Translations under genes and position numbers: made by a program | Notes under the pieces: generated by a model | What the model was told of the DNA's origin: nothing | The model's input: the letters and a program-made list of their open reading frames with translations, nothing else | Database searches by the model: none | Shown: positions 51,021 to 64,000 of the stretch, one piece after another | How the letters are laid out: every line of letters begins with the position of its first letter | How positions within the stretch are numbered: position 1 is the stretch's first letter | Origin: Eledone cirrhosa | Lineage: Eukaryota | Direction: 5' to 3' | Assembly (NCBI GenBank): GCA_964016885.1 | Contig: OZ024742.1 | Location: 41,974,001 to 42,038,000, forward strand | DNA: 64,000 nt

Positions 51021-52033
51021 TCGGCTAGAAAAAAGGCAAATGTATTGAAATGGCCAGACAAAACTGGGATGATTTCCGTTCACTTTTGCTAAAAGTGGAA
51101 AAAGAGTATACCTTCATCCCAGTCCTTGAAAAAGAAGTGTATCGTCTCCGCAAAGAAAACTCCAATTTAAAGAAAGACAAACTGAATATCAACAAAGATG
51201 TGCAGGAACTTCAGCAAGAACTGAGAGCAACAACTTCAAAATTAGAAAGTGCTGAACGACAGTTACAAGAGAAGAATTCATTGATTAGGGCAGCTAGAAA
51301 TGAAAAGTCACAACTAAAGAGCGATTATGAAATGCAAATGCAGCTGAATCAACAAAAATTTGAACAACAGGAATATGAGCAATAGAGACTGGAAGACGAG
51401 TGCCGGGCACATAAACAAAAGAATCATAAACTACATATTTTGAAAAGCCTTGTGAATGAACATTCGGAATCTAGTTCTAGCACCACACCATCAGTTACTC
51501 CAAAGCCAGTCAAAAAATTAAGAACATTCTCTACACCAGCTCCCTACACTGCTCCCAGACCTGACCCAGTTCCATGGAAACCTATAACAAGGCTAGCTGC
51601 TGCACGTTCCCTCCATGATTTAAACCAAATTGGTTCTTCATCTTCCAAAAAAGGGTCTGCACCACCACCACCAAACCCACGTCATAGACGATCAAAGTCT
51701 TCCCCTAATGCTGAAACATGGTTGGAACACAGGGGCCGAGACCATGAACAACTTGACACTGTCATGCAACCGAAGCTGAAGAAGAAACGATCAGTGACTA
51801 AACTGACTGAGAAAGACACTAAAGAGGGTAATGTTGTACCTACAGCTACAGGAGGCTGCAGAATGGTTTTTGATGAAGTAGAGATGGTAAAACGTGGAAA
51901 TCCTGGCAATGGCAAGAAACGGCACAGCCCACCTAGCCAAAATGCTCATGGTAACAGTGAGTGGACTGATACAGATACCCGTTGTGGCTATGGTATTGAT
52001 GGGCATAAGAAATATAGACCGACTGAAGTATAG
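51021..52033 (+). pseudogene. KIF23: Processed pseudogene of kinesin-6 KIF23/MKLP1 (coiled coil + tail)
   Basis: Intronless. RHRRSKS...WLEH...TVMQP...GNVVPTATGG...F.EVE and SEWTD.DTRC match the MKLP1 tail. Lesions: in-frame TAG at 51383-51385, a 5' frameshift, and an apparent internal deletion. Confidence 0.8.
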
Positions 52034-52919
52034 AATATTTACCATAAGCTACCTAGCTGAGAGGAATTTGGAGTCCAGCATTGTATATATTGAACATTAT
52101 ATAACTGAGATTAGTAATGGTTAGCCAAAGCTGAGTGTGTGTATGTGTGTGTTCATGGATACGCATATATGTGTGTGTGTGTGTATACACATGCACACAC
52201 ATACACTCTCTCTCTCTCTCTCTCTCTCTCACATATGCACTTAGACATGTGCATGCATCAGCATCGTTGAACATCCACAAATTTATATGTGTGTATATAT
52301 ATATATTTTATATATGTATATATATAAACACACTTGTACATACATCATCACTGTTTAAAGTCCACAAACATATATATGTATGTATATATATGTATGTATG
52401 TATATATGTACGTATGTATATATGTATGTATGTATATATGTATGTATGTATATATATGTATGTGTATATATATATGTATGTATGTATATATATATATGTA
52501 TGTATATATATATATATGTATGTATATATATATATGTATATATATGTATGTATATATATATATATGTATATATATGTATGTATATATATATATGTATGTA
52601 TATGTTCTTCTGGTTTTATAATTTCACAAAGTTTTACCAATAGAGAGAGAGTCGGTCTCTAACATAGACACAAGACTCTCTCATTGGAATTTACACAACA
52701 TCAACTAGGTAGATATGTATGTATGTCTGCATGCATGCATGTGTAGATATGGATGTTATTGTATGTGTGGATGTGTATGTTTTGAGTTGTATGTGTGCAT
52801 GTGTATATGCTTTGTATCTGTACATGTGTATATGCAGTTATTAGATACAACATTTTTGGAATGTTTTACATATTTTTACTGTTCCATTAATGGATTGTAC
52901 TTGTAATTTCCTAACTAGT

Positions 52920-54691
52920 TGTGTTCTTTCTGTTCCTGTGAAGCCTAGCTTCTCAAGATTTGTATTGAGGCAGTTACTAACTTATCCCAGTGCCCCAATA
53001 ATCACAGGCATAAATCTGTAGGTGTAATCAGGGTGGAGTATCTGCAGATTTCTCATCAGTTCTGCATAAATATTCTCCTTTTCACTAATCTTTGATATTA
53101 TATTGGCATCTGCTGGGCAGCTAATTTCCACTACTGTGCATGTTTTCTTCTCCCTGTCCCATATCATAATATCTGGTCTGTTATGCCTGCATTTTATTGG
53201 GGTTTTTACTGGAACGTTCCACCAGTACTCTTTCATATTATGTACATGGATATCTTCCACATTGTTGTAGCTTTTAATGTGTTTATCATCGGGGCTATCT
53301 TTTTTACGAACTGCATTGTACAGTGTTTTGGCCACTACATCATGCCTCATAGGTAGATAGTACCGCGATGACATCTTTGGGCAGCTGCTGATGACATGGG
53401 TGATATCCTCGATGTTAGTTCTGCAGAGTCTGCACTTGTTATCACATCTAGGTGTTTTGCCTGCATCCCTATCTCTTTTGTGAATCAGGTATTTCGTGCT
53501 AATCTCCTGTTCTTGGATTGCAAAAGCGTATCCTTCAAAGTGGGAGCCAATATAGCGGTTGTTGGTCCAAGATAGACTACTTTCCTTATCTATATTACTC
53601 TCACTCTGGCAACATATCCATGCATGAATTTTTGCTGATAGGCATGCAGTTTTTCATCCATGGATTCACTGCGATACTGCTGAGCGACATCCCTGGGTGT
53701 GAGTTTTTGATTATCACACAGGGAATATCTCTCAAGGAGTTCCTTCCCAACTCTCATGATCTTATCTGTTTCATGCAGATAGACTTGCTCGAGAAGCGGG
53801 CTCCTATGCTTCGAGGTTCATAGATGTTGTCGGAGAGATATGATGCGACATTCAAATGTTGTCTGGACTGATGTTAGGCCTCTGCCTCCCTGCCTACGTT
53901 TCAAGTAAAGGCGGTCTATGTCACTGTTGATGTGGAAGTTTCCGGTGTTGTTCAGTATTTTTCGAGTTCCAACATCAACTGCTCGGATTTCGTCTATCGT
54001 CCAATTGAGTATTCCAAACGTTGGTGTTAGGACAGGCACAGCAAACACATTGTGAGCCACTGTTTTGTTTTGTGCAGAAAGTTCCGATGACCAGATCTTT
54101 CTTAATCGGGTGTAGTATTCCCTGGTTACGCGTTCTTTATTACAGATACCATTATAGGATATGTTCTCCTCTATCCCCAGGTATCTGTAGCAGTCCTCAT
54201 CAGATATCGGTGAAACAGTTAGACCATTGATGACAATGTTGCTAGATTGGGTTGTTGTTTTTCCCCGCTTTACAGTCATGTATGAGCATTTATCTTGGCC
54301 AAACTCCATTCCTATATCCTTTGAGAACGTTGTAACCAGGTCAAGATTTTTCTTCATCCCATCCATGTTCTTGGCATAGAGTTTCAGATCGTCCACAAAG
54401 AAGTTATGGGTTAGGTTCGTATTTCTGTCCTCCTGTCAGCCAATGATGTATCCCTCACATTTCTTTAGCAGAAAGGACAAGGGGTTTAATGACAAGATGA
54501 ACAATATCACAGAGAGACTGTCCCTCTGAAATATACCCCTGCAATATTTTATTTTATCAGTGAAAATAGAGTCCTCCCTCTCTGTCTTTAACCTTAGGAT
54601 AGTAGCCCAAGAAGAAGACAGCCTCTCTATGGCTCTGACAATAATGTCTGGGACTTTAGCAAGTTGGAGGGCCTCTATCATCCAAGAGTGG
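52920..54691 (-). mobile_element. R4/Dong-clade (RLE) non-LTR retrotransposon fragment
   Basis: [21 protein letters not shown] knuckle, RHD and RPDIM..VVEISCP motifs; frameshifted; flanked by microsatellites. Confidence 0.85.
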
Positions 54692-54843
54692 TATATATGT
54701 ATGTATGTATATATATATATATATGTATGTATGTATGTATGTATATGTATGTATGTATGTGTATGTATGTATGTATGTATATGTATGTATGTGTATGTAT
54801 GTATGTATGTATATGTATATGTATGTATGTATATGTATGTATG

Positions 54844-54880
<37 letters not shown>

Positions 54881-55910
54881 GAGGGAGCTTATAGATAGGA
54901 CAACACACGCTGTCTTTTCGTGGGGTAAGTTTTTAATTAATTTTTGTATTCTGAAACATCAAAATACAACAATTTTTTGGTCACTGGACTCGGGAATGTC
55001 ACGACAGAAGTTTGTGGAAGTTACACAAATATTTTAGTATATTTTAGCAGAGCAATCCTTATTTATATCTTACATTTTACATTTACTTACATCTCAATAT
55101 AACATGGCTAAAATTCAAATTTTGCAAAGAGAAGAAAACGGTCAAATGAACTAGATACATCTCACTGTCCCCACCACCACAATAACGTCTACACTCTCTC
55201 CCCACCATCACATGTCATTACCATACCATACCCTATCTAGACTAAAGTCATCGACTTGTTGTCAAACTCTCTACCCTCTGTTGAATGTGTATATATATAT
55301 ATGTGTGTGTGTATGTATATGTGTGTATATACATCACTCAGTCAAACGACCAGATTTCAATCCCAATATCTACAACAACAACAACACCGGCACTAATGTT
55401 TACAGCAACAACAGCTTCAGAATGAACTGAAATGAACATTTACAACAACAACAACAGCGGCATCAAAACATAAAAAAAGGAAGGGAAAAGAAAAGAAAAG
55501 AAAAGAAAAGAAAAGGGAAAAAAAAAAAAAAAACTCAAAATAACAAAACACACACACGCACACAACACAACAACAACATCAACTGCCACCACCACCACCA
55601 CCACCGCCGCCATCACCATCACCAGCGACCGGGCCTTAAGAAAACAACTTTAATAATAATTTTTCTGCTTTTGGCACGGATCCAGCGACTGGCCCAGCGC
55701 ATCACTGGTACTCTCTTTTGTTGACTCCGTGGGGATGAAGGGCAAGGTTGATCTCGGCGGGATTTGAGCTCAGAGCGTGGAGAGCCATAACTCTATGCTG
55801 TAAAGCAATTATAATAATACTGGACTGTAATACGATCGGCTTCAACTATACAAACTCTTGAAAGTCAACAGTTGACATAATCTTGTAATCTTGTATCAGT
55901 AATGACGGTA

Positions 55911-55947
<37 letters not shown>

Positions 55948-56506
55948 TGTAAGTGAGTAGAGTAGCGTGTGTGTGTGTGTTTGTTTGTATGTATGTGTTG
56001 CTGTGTGCGCGCATATGTATGCGTGTGTGTGTATGTCGTACGTATAAGTGTCAATAAGTGATTTTTTTTTTTTTTTTTTTTTTTGCGCGGGGACAGAAAT
56101 AATCGGGCTGGATGCCCGATCGCGCAGTTAAACTACTGGGAGTGAAGAACCCCTAGCCCTTGTCAGGGCACTCTTCTAGGGGAAGGCATCTCAGGAAACT
56201 GGGTTAACTCCGATATAAAACCTGCGGCTCAGTAGTTACCGATGATGTTGATCTTTTCTTCTTTTCGGGTTATAGCTACTGTCGCTCAGAGAGTGGGATT
56301 GGCTCAGTGCACAGTCTTTCCTCACTTTAAAAATATTCGTCACACACAGGCATTGCACGAGTGCATTAATAATTATTAATAGTGTACTACTATTATTATT
56401 ATTACCAGTAATGCACTGGGTAATTGCTGGCCTTGTGCCTAAAGTAGAAACAATTATTATTATTATTACTATTATTATTACTTTTTTTTTTTTTTTTTCC
56501 AATTCA

Positions 56507-59500
56507 ATGATGTTCCAGAACAATGTAAAAGAGATAATTGGCAATTTAGGTTCTGGAACAAAAAAGATCATTGGCAATAAGGGCAGGGGCCCCAAGTTAT
56601 CACAGCCTGGGCCCGCTCGTCATCGTGCCATTGTAATAGAGCCAAACAAGGCATTTAGTCTTGGCTGCTAGAACGTACGGACGCTGCTTGACAGGGATTC
56701 CTTGGAGCGTCCTGAACGAAGGATCGCTCTTGTTGCAAAGGAGCTTCGACGTTACGATCTTGACATCGTGGCTTTATCTAAGACGAGGTTAGCTGGAGAT
56801 GGTCATCTTACGGAATTTTGTGGAGAATATACATTCTTCTGGAAAGGAAGAGATGAAGGAACCAGAAGAGAGGCTGGGGTAGGATTTGCTGTTAAGACTG
56901 TACTTGTGAATAAATTAGAAGAATTCCCAGTAGGGATTAGTGAGCATCTTATGTCCATGAGAGTTCCGCTGGACAAAGGAAGATACGCTACCCTGGTGAG
57001 TGTGTATGCTCCAACTATGAATTCTGTCGATGAAGAAAAACTGTCCTTTTACCATGCCTTGAAAGGTGTTCTAAGAAATATCCCTCAGGCAGACAAAGTC
57101 ATCGTGCTTGGTGACTTTAATGCTAGAGTGGGTAGGGATTTTAACACATGGAATCTAATCGGAAGGCATGGGGTGGGAAAGTGTAACAGCAATGGTATGC
57201 TCCTGCTGCAGATGTGTGAGGAGCTGGATCTGTGTGTTACCAACACCATGTTCCAACAAAAGAACAAATTCAAGACCACATGGATGCATCCTGAATCTAA
57301 GGAATGGCATCTTTTGGACTACGTCCTAGTCAGGATGCGTGACAGACAGGATGTGCAGTGTGTTCGTGTTCTTCGTGGAGCTGAGTGCTGGACGGACCAC
57401 CGCCTGGTACGCGCAAAAGTGAAACTAATCACCAAACGTAAAATCCGGGCTCCTGGTGTTACCCTGCCCAAAAGATTGAATGCTGCTCGTCTTAAGGATA
57501 AAAATGTGAAGAGGACATTGGAAGAAGAGATGCAGGCTGCAGATCTTGGTGAGGATTGGCCGACCCTTAAAAAGTCGGTTTATGATGTAGGCAGGCGTGT
57601 TCTGGGATTGGTGCAGAGAAAACATCAGGACTGGTTTAATGAGAATGATGTACATATAGAAGACTTGTTGGCTGATAAGAGGCGTGCTCTGTCACGCTAC
57701 TTGACGGCAAAACCACAGGAGAGGAATACGTTGCATGAGGAGCTCAGGGATGTAAAATCACGTGTTAGGCGGAGTCTTTCTCAGATGAAGGATCAGTGGT
57801 GGAGTGAGAAGGCTGGTGAAATACAAACTGCGTCTGATTCCAATAACACAAAGCTGTTGTACAGTCTGTTGCGTGAGGTTTATGGACCGTCTTCTCTGGT
57901 GACACCGCTTCGCAGCAAGGATGGCAAAGAACTTCTTCGTGACTCACAGGGAATTCTACGAAGGTAGCGAGAGCACTTTGATGATCTTTTGAATCAGCCG
58001 TCTGTCGTCAGTCAAGATTTCCTCAATCTCATTCCAGAAAGTCCTGTGAAAGTAGCTCTCGCAGAACCTCCGACGCTTGTGGAGGTTGCAGTGGCTATTT
58101 CGAAGCTGAACAGCTGAACAGTGGAAGATCTCCAGGTATGGATGGCATACATGCTGAGCTACTACAATATGGTGGTGAGAGACTCCTGCAACATCTTCAC
58201 TCTTTGTTTGGAAGGATATGGGCTAATGAATCCGTACCTGAGGATTGGAGAGATGCAGTAATGGTGGTCTTGTACAAGGGAAAGGGTAACAGGAATGATT
58301 GTGGGAACTACAGAGGTATATCATTGCTTTCTGTCGTAGGGAAAGTTTTATGTAGGGTGCTTCTGGACCGTCTGCTGACACACATTGCAGATTGTGTTCT
58401 TCCTGAAAGTCAATCTGGTTTTCGTGCTGGACGCGGCACTACTGATATGATCTTCTCAGCTAGACAGCTCCAGGAGAAGTGCATTGAACAAGGCTTGGAT
58501 CTGTATCAGGTTTTTGTCGATCTGACAAAGGCTTTCGATACTGTCAACAGAGAGGCATTATGGAAGGTTCTCCAGAAACTTGGTTGCCCTGATAAGTTCC
58601 TTGCTTTAGTTAGGTCTTTCCATGACGACATGAAGGCTTGGGTTAATGTCGGAGGTAACATGTCGGAGCCTATCTCAGTAAAAAATGGAGTGAAGCAGGG
58701 GGATATTCCAGCACCGACCCTGTTTGCCATATACTTTGCAATGGTTTTCTGTATTGCATTCAGGAATTGCGAGCATGGTGTTTACATCCGATATCGAACC
58801 TCAGGCAGCATATTTAACATCAGGCGCTTTGCTGCGAAGACAAAAGTATTTAGATCAATCATAAGAGACCTCTTGTATGCAGATGATTGCGATCTTGTAG
58901 CGCACACAGAGAGTGATATGCAGCACATTTTGAATGCATTTTCTGACGCTTGCTATGCCCTAGGTCTGACTGTCAGTCTCAAGAAAACCGTCGTCATGTA
59001 CCAACCGGCCCCTGGTAAGCAGTACACTGAACCAAACATCTATGTGTATGGCAAACGACTTGGAGTGGTTGATCAGTTTGTCTACCTGGGAAGCACTGTC
59101 AATCGATACAGTAACCTTGACAGTGAAATCTCACTTAGGATTAGGAAAGCAAGTGATGCTTTTGGAAAGCTAGAAAGGCGACTCTGGGGTCGGCGAGACA
59201 TATGCAGGAGGACAGGGTATGTGTACAGGGCATGTGTACTCTCTTGTCTTCTTTATGCCTGCGAGACCTGGGTCACATATCGACACCACCTTAAGCAATT
59301 GGAGCGTTTCCATCAGATGTGTCTCAGACGGATCCATGGCGTTCACTGGAGGGACCACATCAGTGATGTCGAGATTTTGGAAAGCTCTATGTGTGACAGT
59401 ATAGAAGCTCTTGTGCTTAAGCAACGACTCCGTTGGAGTGGTCACCTTGCCAGGATGAAGGATTCTAGAATACCAAAACAACTCTTCTATGGAGAGTTGG

Positions 59501-60054
59501 TTAAAGGAAAACAACCGCCACATAAACGAAAAAAGAGGTATAAGGATTCCTTGAAAGCCTCTCTGAAAGACGCTAACATCTCTGCTGATACTTGGGAAAA
59601 TATTGCTGCTGATCGTAATAAATGGAGAAAGACTGTATATGAAGGAAAAGTTGCCTTTGAGGCATCTCGAATCGCACACGAGAAAGTAAAGTGGGATGTG
59701 AGGAAGGGCATTGCTGTTGCACTTCCAGACGGTGAGGGTCCTCCTATGGTGCTGACATGCAGCGTCTGTGCGAGACTCTGCCTAAGCAAAGCTGGACTCG
59801 AAAGTCATCTTCGCAGTCATAAAGTAAGACCAGTGGTTGACTACCAGGCTGCTGTTGGAGATGCTACTCATCATGCTTGCCAAACATGTGGTAGAGAATG
59901 TAAATCAGCAGGAGGACTCAAGCGACAGGCAAAAGTACACGACCTCCAACCACAGCCAACTATTCCCAGTGAATGTTTTGGTTGCCGACTCTGTGCAAGA
60001 CATTGTAGATCATTGGCTGGGCTAAAAAGCCACATTCGATCGCAGCACTGTTAG
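56507..60054 (+). mobile_element. Near full-length RTE LINE ORF (APE endonuclease-RT-3x C2H2), about 1180 codons, three obvious lesions
   Basis: GC*NVRTL, GVGF, LGDFNAR, LDY, TDH; RT YADD; C-terminal C2H2 fingers. TAG stops at 56669 and 57965; 8-bp duplication GCTGAACA at 58105-58120. Confidence 0.93.
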
Positions 60055-60171
60055 TTGTTATCGTGTGTGTGTGTGTGTGTGTGTGTAGATATGCTTATGT
60101 GTGTGCGTGTGTATGTATATATATATGAATATGTATATTATTATTGTTGTTGTCGTTATTATTATTATTGC

Positions 60172-60205
<34 letters not shown>

Positions 60206-60213
60206 GTTATTAA

Positions 60214-60244
<31 letters not shown>

Positions 60245-60283
60245 ATGTGTATGTATGTGTATGTATGTGTGTATGTATATATG

Positions 60284-60362
<79 letters not shown>

Positions 60363-60501
60363 TTATTTTATTTTATTTTATTTTATTTTATTTATTTATT
60401 TATTTATTTATTTTTTATTTTTTTTTTTTCTTCTCGTGCAATGGCCATACTCGATAACGAGGGGGCAGCCATCATCATGTATGTATATATATGTATATAT
60501 A

Positions 60502-61061
60502 CCTGACCCATGGTCGGGTCGTTGGCGACTAAACTGGCAACCCCACCAAGGTTTCTTGGTGAGGAGGGTGACTTTGGACATCCTGCAGGACTAAAAACAA
60601 AACCTGTCAAAGGGCAAAGGAGCTCTTAAGAGTCAATGGCCATCCAAAATCACCGGGAGAGATGACCCTTTAGCCTTTGTCAAGGCAGAATTCTAGGAGA
60701 TGGAAAACTCTGATATAACACCTGCAACCCTGATGGTATCCAATGATGTTGACTTGTTCTTCTTTTTGGTAAATATCATCTTGGTTAAGAGAGTGGGACT
60801 GGCTTTGTGCAGTGCCTTTGCTCACTATAAAAGCTTCACGGCACAGGCATTGCTTTATATCTGGAGATCTCTCTGCACTTGTCGTCACAGGGTACCATGG
60901 GCCCAGCACTATGTGTCAATATTTGTCACAAGTGTAGTGTTTGTACCAGAGTTTTCAAGTCGCTGGCTGGACTAAAAAGTCACTCGTTCAGCGCATCGGT
61001 AGGGGTTCTCCTATATGGATATAAAGTAGTGGCCGTACTCGAAAACGAGTTGGCAGCCACC

Positions 61062-61063
<2 letters not shown>
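60502..61063 (+). mobile_element. Internally deleted RTE derivative (5'UTR + last C2H2 finger + 3' tail)
   Basis: The 5' part matches the bipartite elements; [19 protein letters not shown] is followed by gccgtactcgaaaacgagttggcagcc. Confidence 0.75.
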
Positions 61064-61093
<30 letters not shown>

Positions 61094-61184
61094 GTATATG
61101 TATGTATGTATATGTATGTATGTATATATATATATATATATGTATGTATATGTATGAATGTATGTATGTATGTATGTATGTATG

Positions 61185-61217
<33 letters not shown>

Positions 61218-61299
61218 CTATATATATATGTATGTATGTATATATATGTTTTCTCTTTCTCTTAATTTCGAGTATATTTTTTTGACCGGCCACCTTCCT

Positions 61300-64000
61300 G
61301 GTGGCAAGGTTGTAAAAGAAAAGAAATTGTCATCCCTTGAATCGCAAGAATGTTTTGCAAATTTTGAAGGTGCCAGCTATCGCAGCCATTTGTAGACTAT
61401 GAATTAGGGAGCTGCGCTTTTTGTCCGCAAATCCAAGTTCAGTCATACTTTGGTCCAAGCGGGTTGGTATATAACCCGTAGCTCCAATAATGATGGGTAT
61501 GAAGCTAAAGGTGTATCTTGGATACTGGATTTGTAAACTCCTCATCAATGGTCCGTAGATGTCCTCCTTCTCCTGTATTTTTCTGACAACGTTTACAACA
61601 AGTGGGCAGCTGATCTCCACAACAGACCACGTTTTCAATGTGTGGTCCCAAACAACAATATCAGGCCGGTTGTGCTTTAATTTGGTGGCAGTTTTTATTT
61701 TCAGGTTCCACCAGTATTCCTTAGTGCCATCTGTCTCAATATATTCTTCCTCGTTTGTTGTTAATTTTGTTTTCCGAAGTGCGTTCCAGATGGTTCTTGC
61801 TATCCCATCGTGTCTCATGGGGAGGTAGTAGCGAGATGACATTCTTTCGCAGCTGGCAACAATGTGGCTTACATCCTCGATCTTAGTTTTACATAGCCTA
61901 CATTTATTGTCAGCTGCTGGCCCTCCTCTTTTGTGCGGCAGATATTTGGTAGGGAGTTCTTGTTCCTGTATTGCATAGAGATATCCCTCAAGGTGTGATG
62001 TCATAAACTTGTCGGAACTCCATGCCAGGCTTTTTGAGTGGTTTATCCCCTCTATGGTCTGTGTTTTACGTCTCAAGTATCCATGCACAACTTTTTCTGT
62101 AAATTGGTCAATTTTTTTAATCTTGTTTGAACATTGAATAGGATCTTCCGATTTCTCTGGGTGAGAGATTTATATCAGGCTTTATTCCATATCTCTCCTC
62201 CAGATCAGTCGCTATTCTAATGATATTTCTTTTTTCATGCTCATAAACCTGGGCAAGATGGTTGCCAACCTTTTTCCTCTGTTGAAGGTGTTGCTTCAGT
62301 GTTACTATCTGGGTCTAATATGTTGTTAATATTGATTTTAGACCCTGGCCACCTTCCTTGCGTGAGAAGTATAGCCTATCCACATCACCATTGATGTTAA
62401 AGTTCCCAGTAACACTGAGAAGTTTGCGAGTTCTAACATCCATCTCACTTAGTTCTTGCAATGACCAGTTCAGCAGGCCAAATGTTGGCGTTAGAATTGG
62501 CACAGCATAAGTATTGTGGGCAATGTATTTGTTGTATGCTGACAGTTCTGATGACCATATTTTCTTTACTCTTCTGAGGTATTCAGTTCTGATTCTCTCC
62601 TTATTTATGGGTCCATCATATCTGACATTCTCATCCTGTCCAAGATATCTGTAGTTGTCACCTGACTGCAGAGGTTGTATTGTCAGGCCGTTCATCTCTA
62701 GATTTCTAGAGGAGGGCACAGCTCTTCCACGTTTTACTGCCAAATATGCACACTTGGACTCACCAAATTTCATTTTGATGTCGGTTGAAAATTGTGTAAT
62801 GAGGTCCAATTGTTTCTTGATGTCATTGATATTTGGCCCATACAACTTCAGGTCATCAACAAAGAAAAGATGGGAGATACTTCTGGGCCCACTTCTTTGT
62901 CCACCTTGTTTCCTGAGTAGGTAAGATAGTGGATTCAGTGAGAGAACGAAGAGTAGCACTGACAAGCTATCACCCTGAAAGATGCCCTTCTGGTAATGTC
63001 TCTTATCAGTCTTAACCTGCTCCTTCTCACCTCTAAGGATCAAATTGGTGTACCAGTTCTTGGTCAGGCGTTCAACAGCAGCTACCAATGGTTGTGGGAC
63101 TTTAGCTAACTGTAAAGCCTTAATAATCCACCCATGAGGTACACTATCAAATGCTTTTTGATAGTCCAGCCACACCACAGTCATGTTTCTGCGATTCTTT
63201 GTTGTTTTTTCCTGAATCATTTTGTTAGTTACTAGGTGATCTATGCAACCCCACACCTCCCTCTTTCCACCAGCTTGCTCAGGTGTTATGATGTTGTTGG
63301 TAGCACAGTGATCCTGTAAGAACAGGTTAAGGCACCCAGTATATAATTTATACATGATGTTTTGGCAGGCAATTGGGCGGTAATTTTTAGCAAGGGTGGT
63401 TTGGCTATTTTGGGGAATGAGGAGAGTAGTGGCAGTTGATAACCATCTGGACAGTTCTTGTGTGCCCTTAATGGTTTCTGTAAACAGCCGTATGAGATCT
63501 TGCCGATAGAAAGTGAAATTCTTCAACCAGTATCCTGTAATGAGGTCTGGGCCTGGCAATTTCCTATTCGACATTTTCTGTAGAGCTGTTTCCAGTATTG
63601 ACCCACCTATGTCATATTGTTTTGTCTGGACATGTTGGCAGTAGTCCTGTTCCAGTTCTTTTAGCCAATTTGCTTGTCTGTTGAATCCGTCATCTGTTTC
63701 CCATACAGATCTCCAGTAGCTCTCAACCTGTTCTTTTGAAGGGGTGTCGTTTACAGGGATTGAGCTTTTGCCACCTAAGCTGCGATAAACTGATTTAGGA
63801 TCTCTGGCAAACAATCTATTTAGCACTTGTCGTTTATGTCCTGTTGACTTATATTTTAGTCTTTCTGTTGTAGCTGTGAGTTGTTGTTTCAACTGGTGTA
63901 ATTTAGAGTTCAAAGTTTTAAATTTTGTATCTCCAATTCGTCTCTAACTTTTTCTTTAGGTCTTCCTGGTGTCGTGTGACGTTGCTCTCTATGTTGCATT
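61300..64000 (-). mobile_element. R4/Dong-clade RLE retrotransposon (RT 62315-63913, RLE 61330-62088), continuing past the window end
   Basis: NYRPI, DYQKAFDSVPH, GIFQGDSLS, FVDDLKLY; CRLC..HIVASC, RHD, RPDIV. Confidence 0.9.

Overview
AT-rich, microsatellite-dense animal genomic DNA. The tRNA-derived SINEs, RTE, R4/Dong and Penelope-type repeats look like an octopod cephalopod (inference). One host gene is recognisable: FBXO47 on the minus strand. Eight GT-AG, phase-consistent coding exons run from a probable ATG exon at 28740 down to 2200, and the 3' end lies beyond the window start. An uninterrupted pogo/Tigger (TIGD/CENP-B-like) transposase ORF is nested antisense in its ~12.7-kb intron; its stop codon sits just before an in-frame PCNA-binding (PIP-box-like) tail. 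The rest is mobile DNA: CR1, two RTE families (one with a PHD finger inside the RT region; one nearly full-length copy with EN-RT-C2H2), bipartite RTE derivatives, R4/Dong and CRE-like RLE retroelements, mariner remnants, SINEs, Penelope-type palindromes with hammerhead ribozyme motifs, and a GGCAC-TIR element present as a ~1.8-kb duplicated block. One copy of that block carries a TGT...ACA TIR insertion containing a Gypsy-integrase C-terminus and is followed by a KIF23/MKLP1 processed pseudogene. Family assignments are from motif recognition only; no database search was run.
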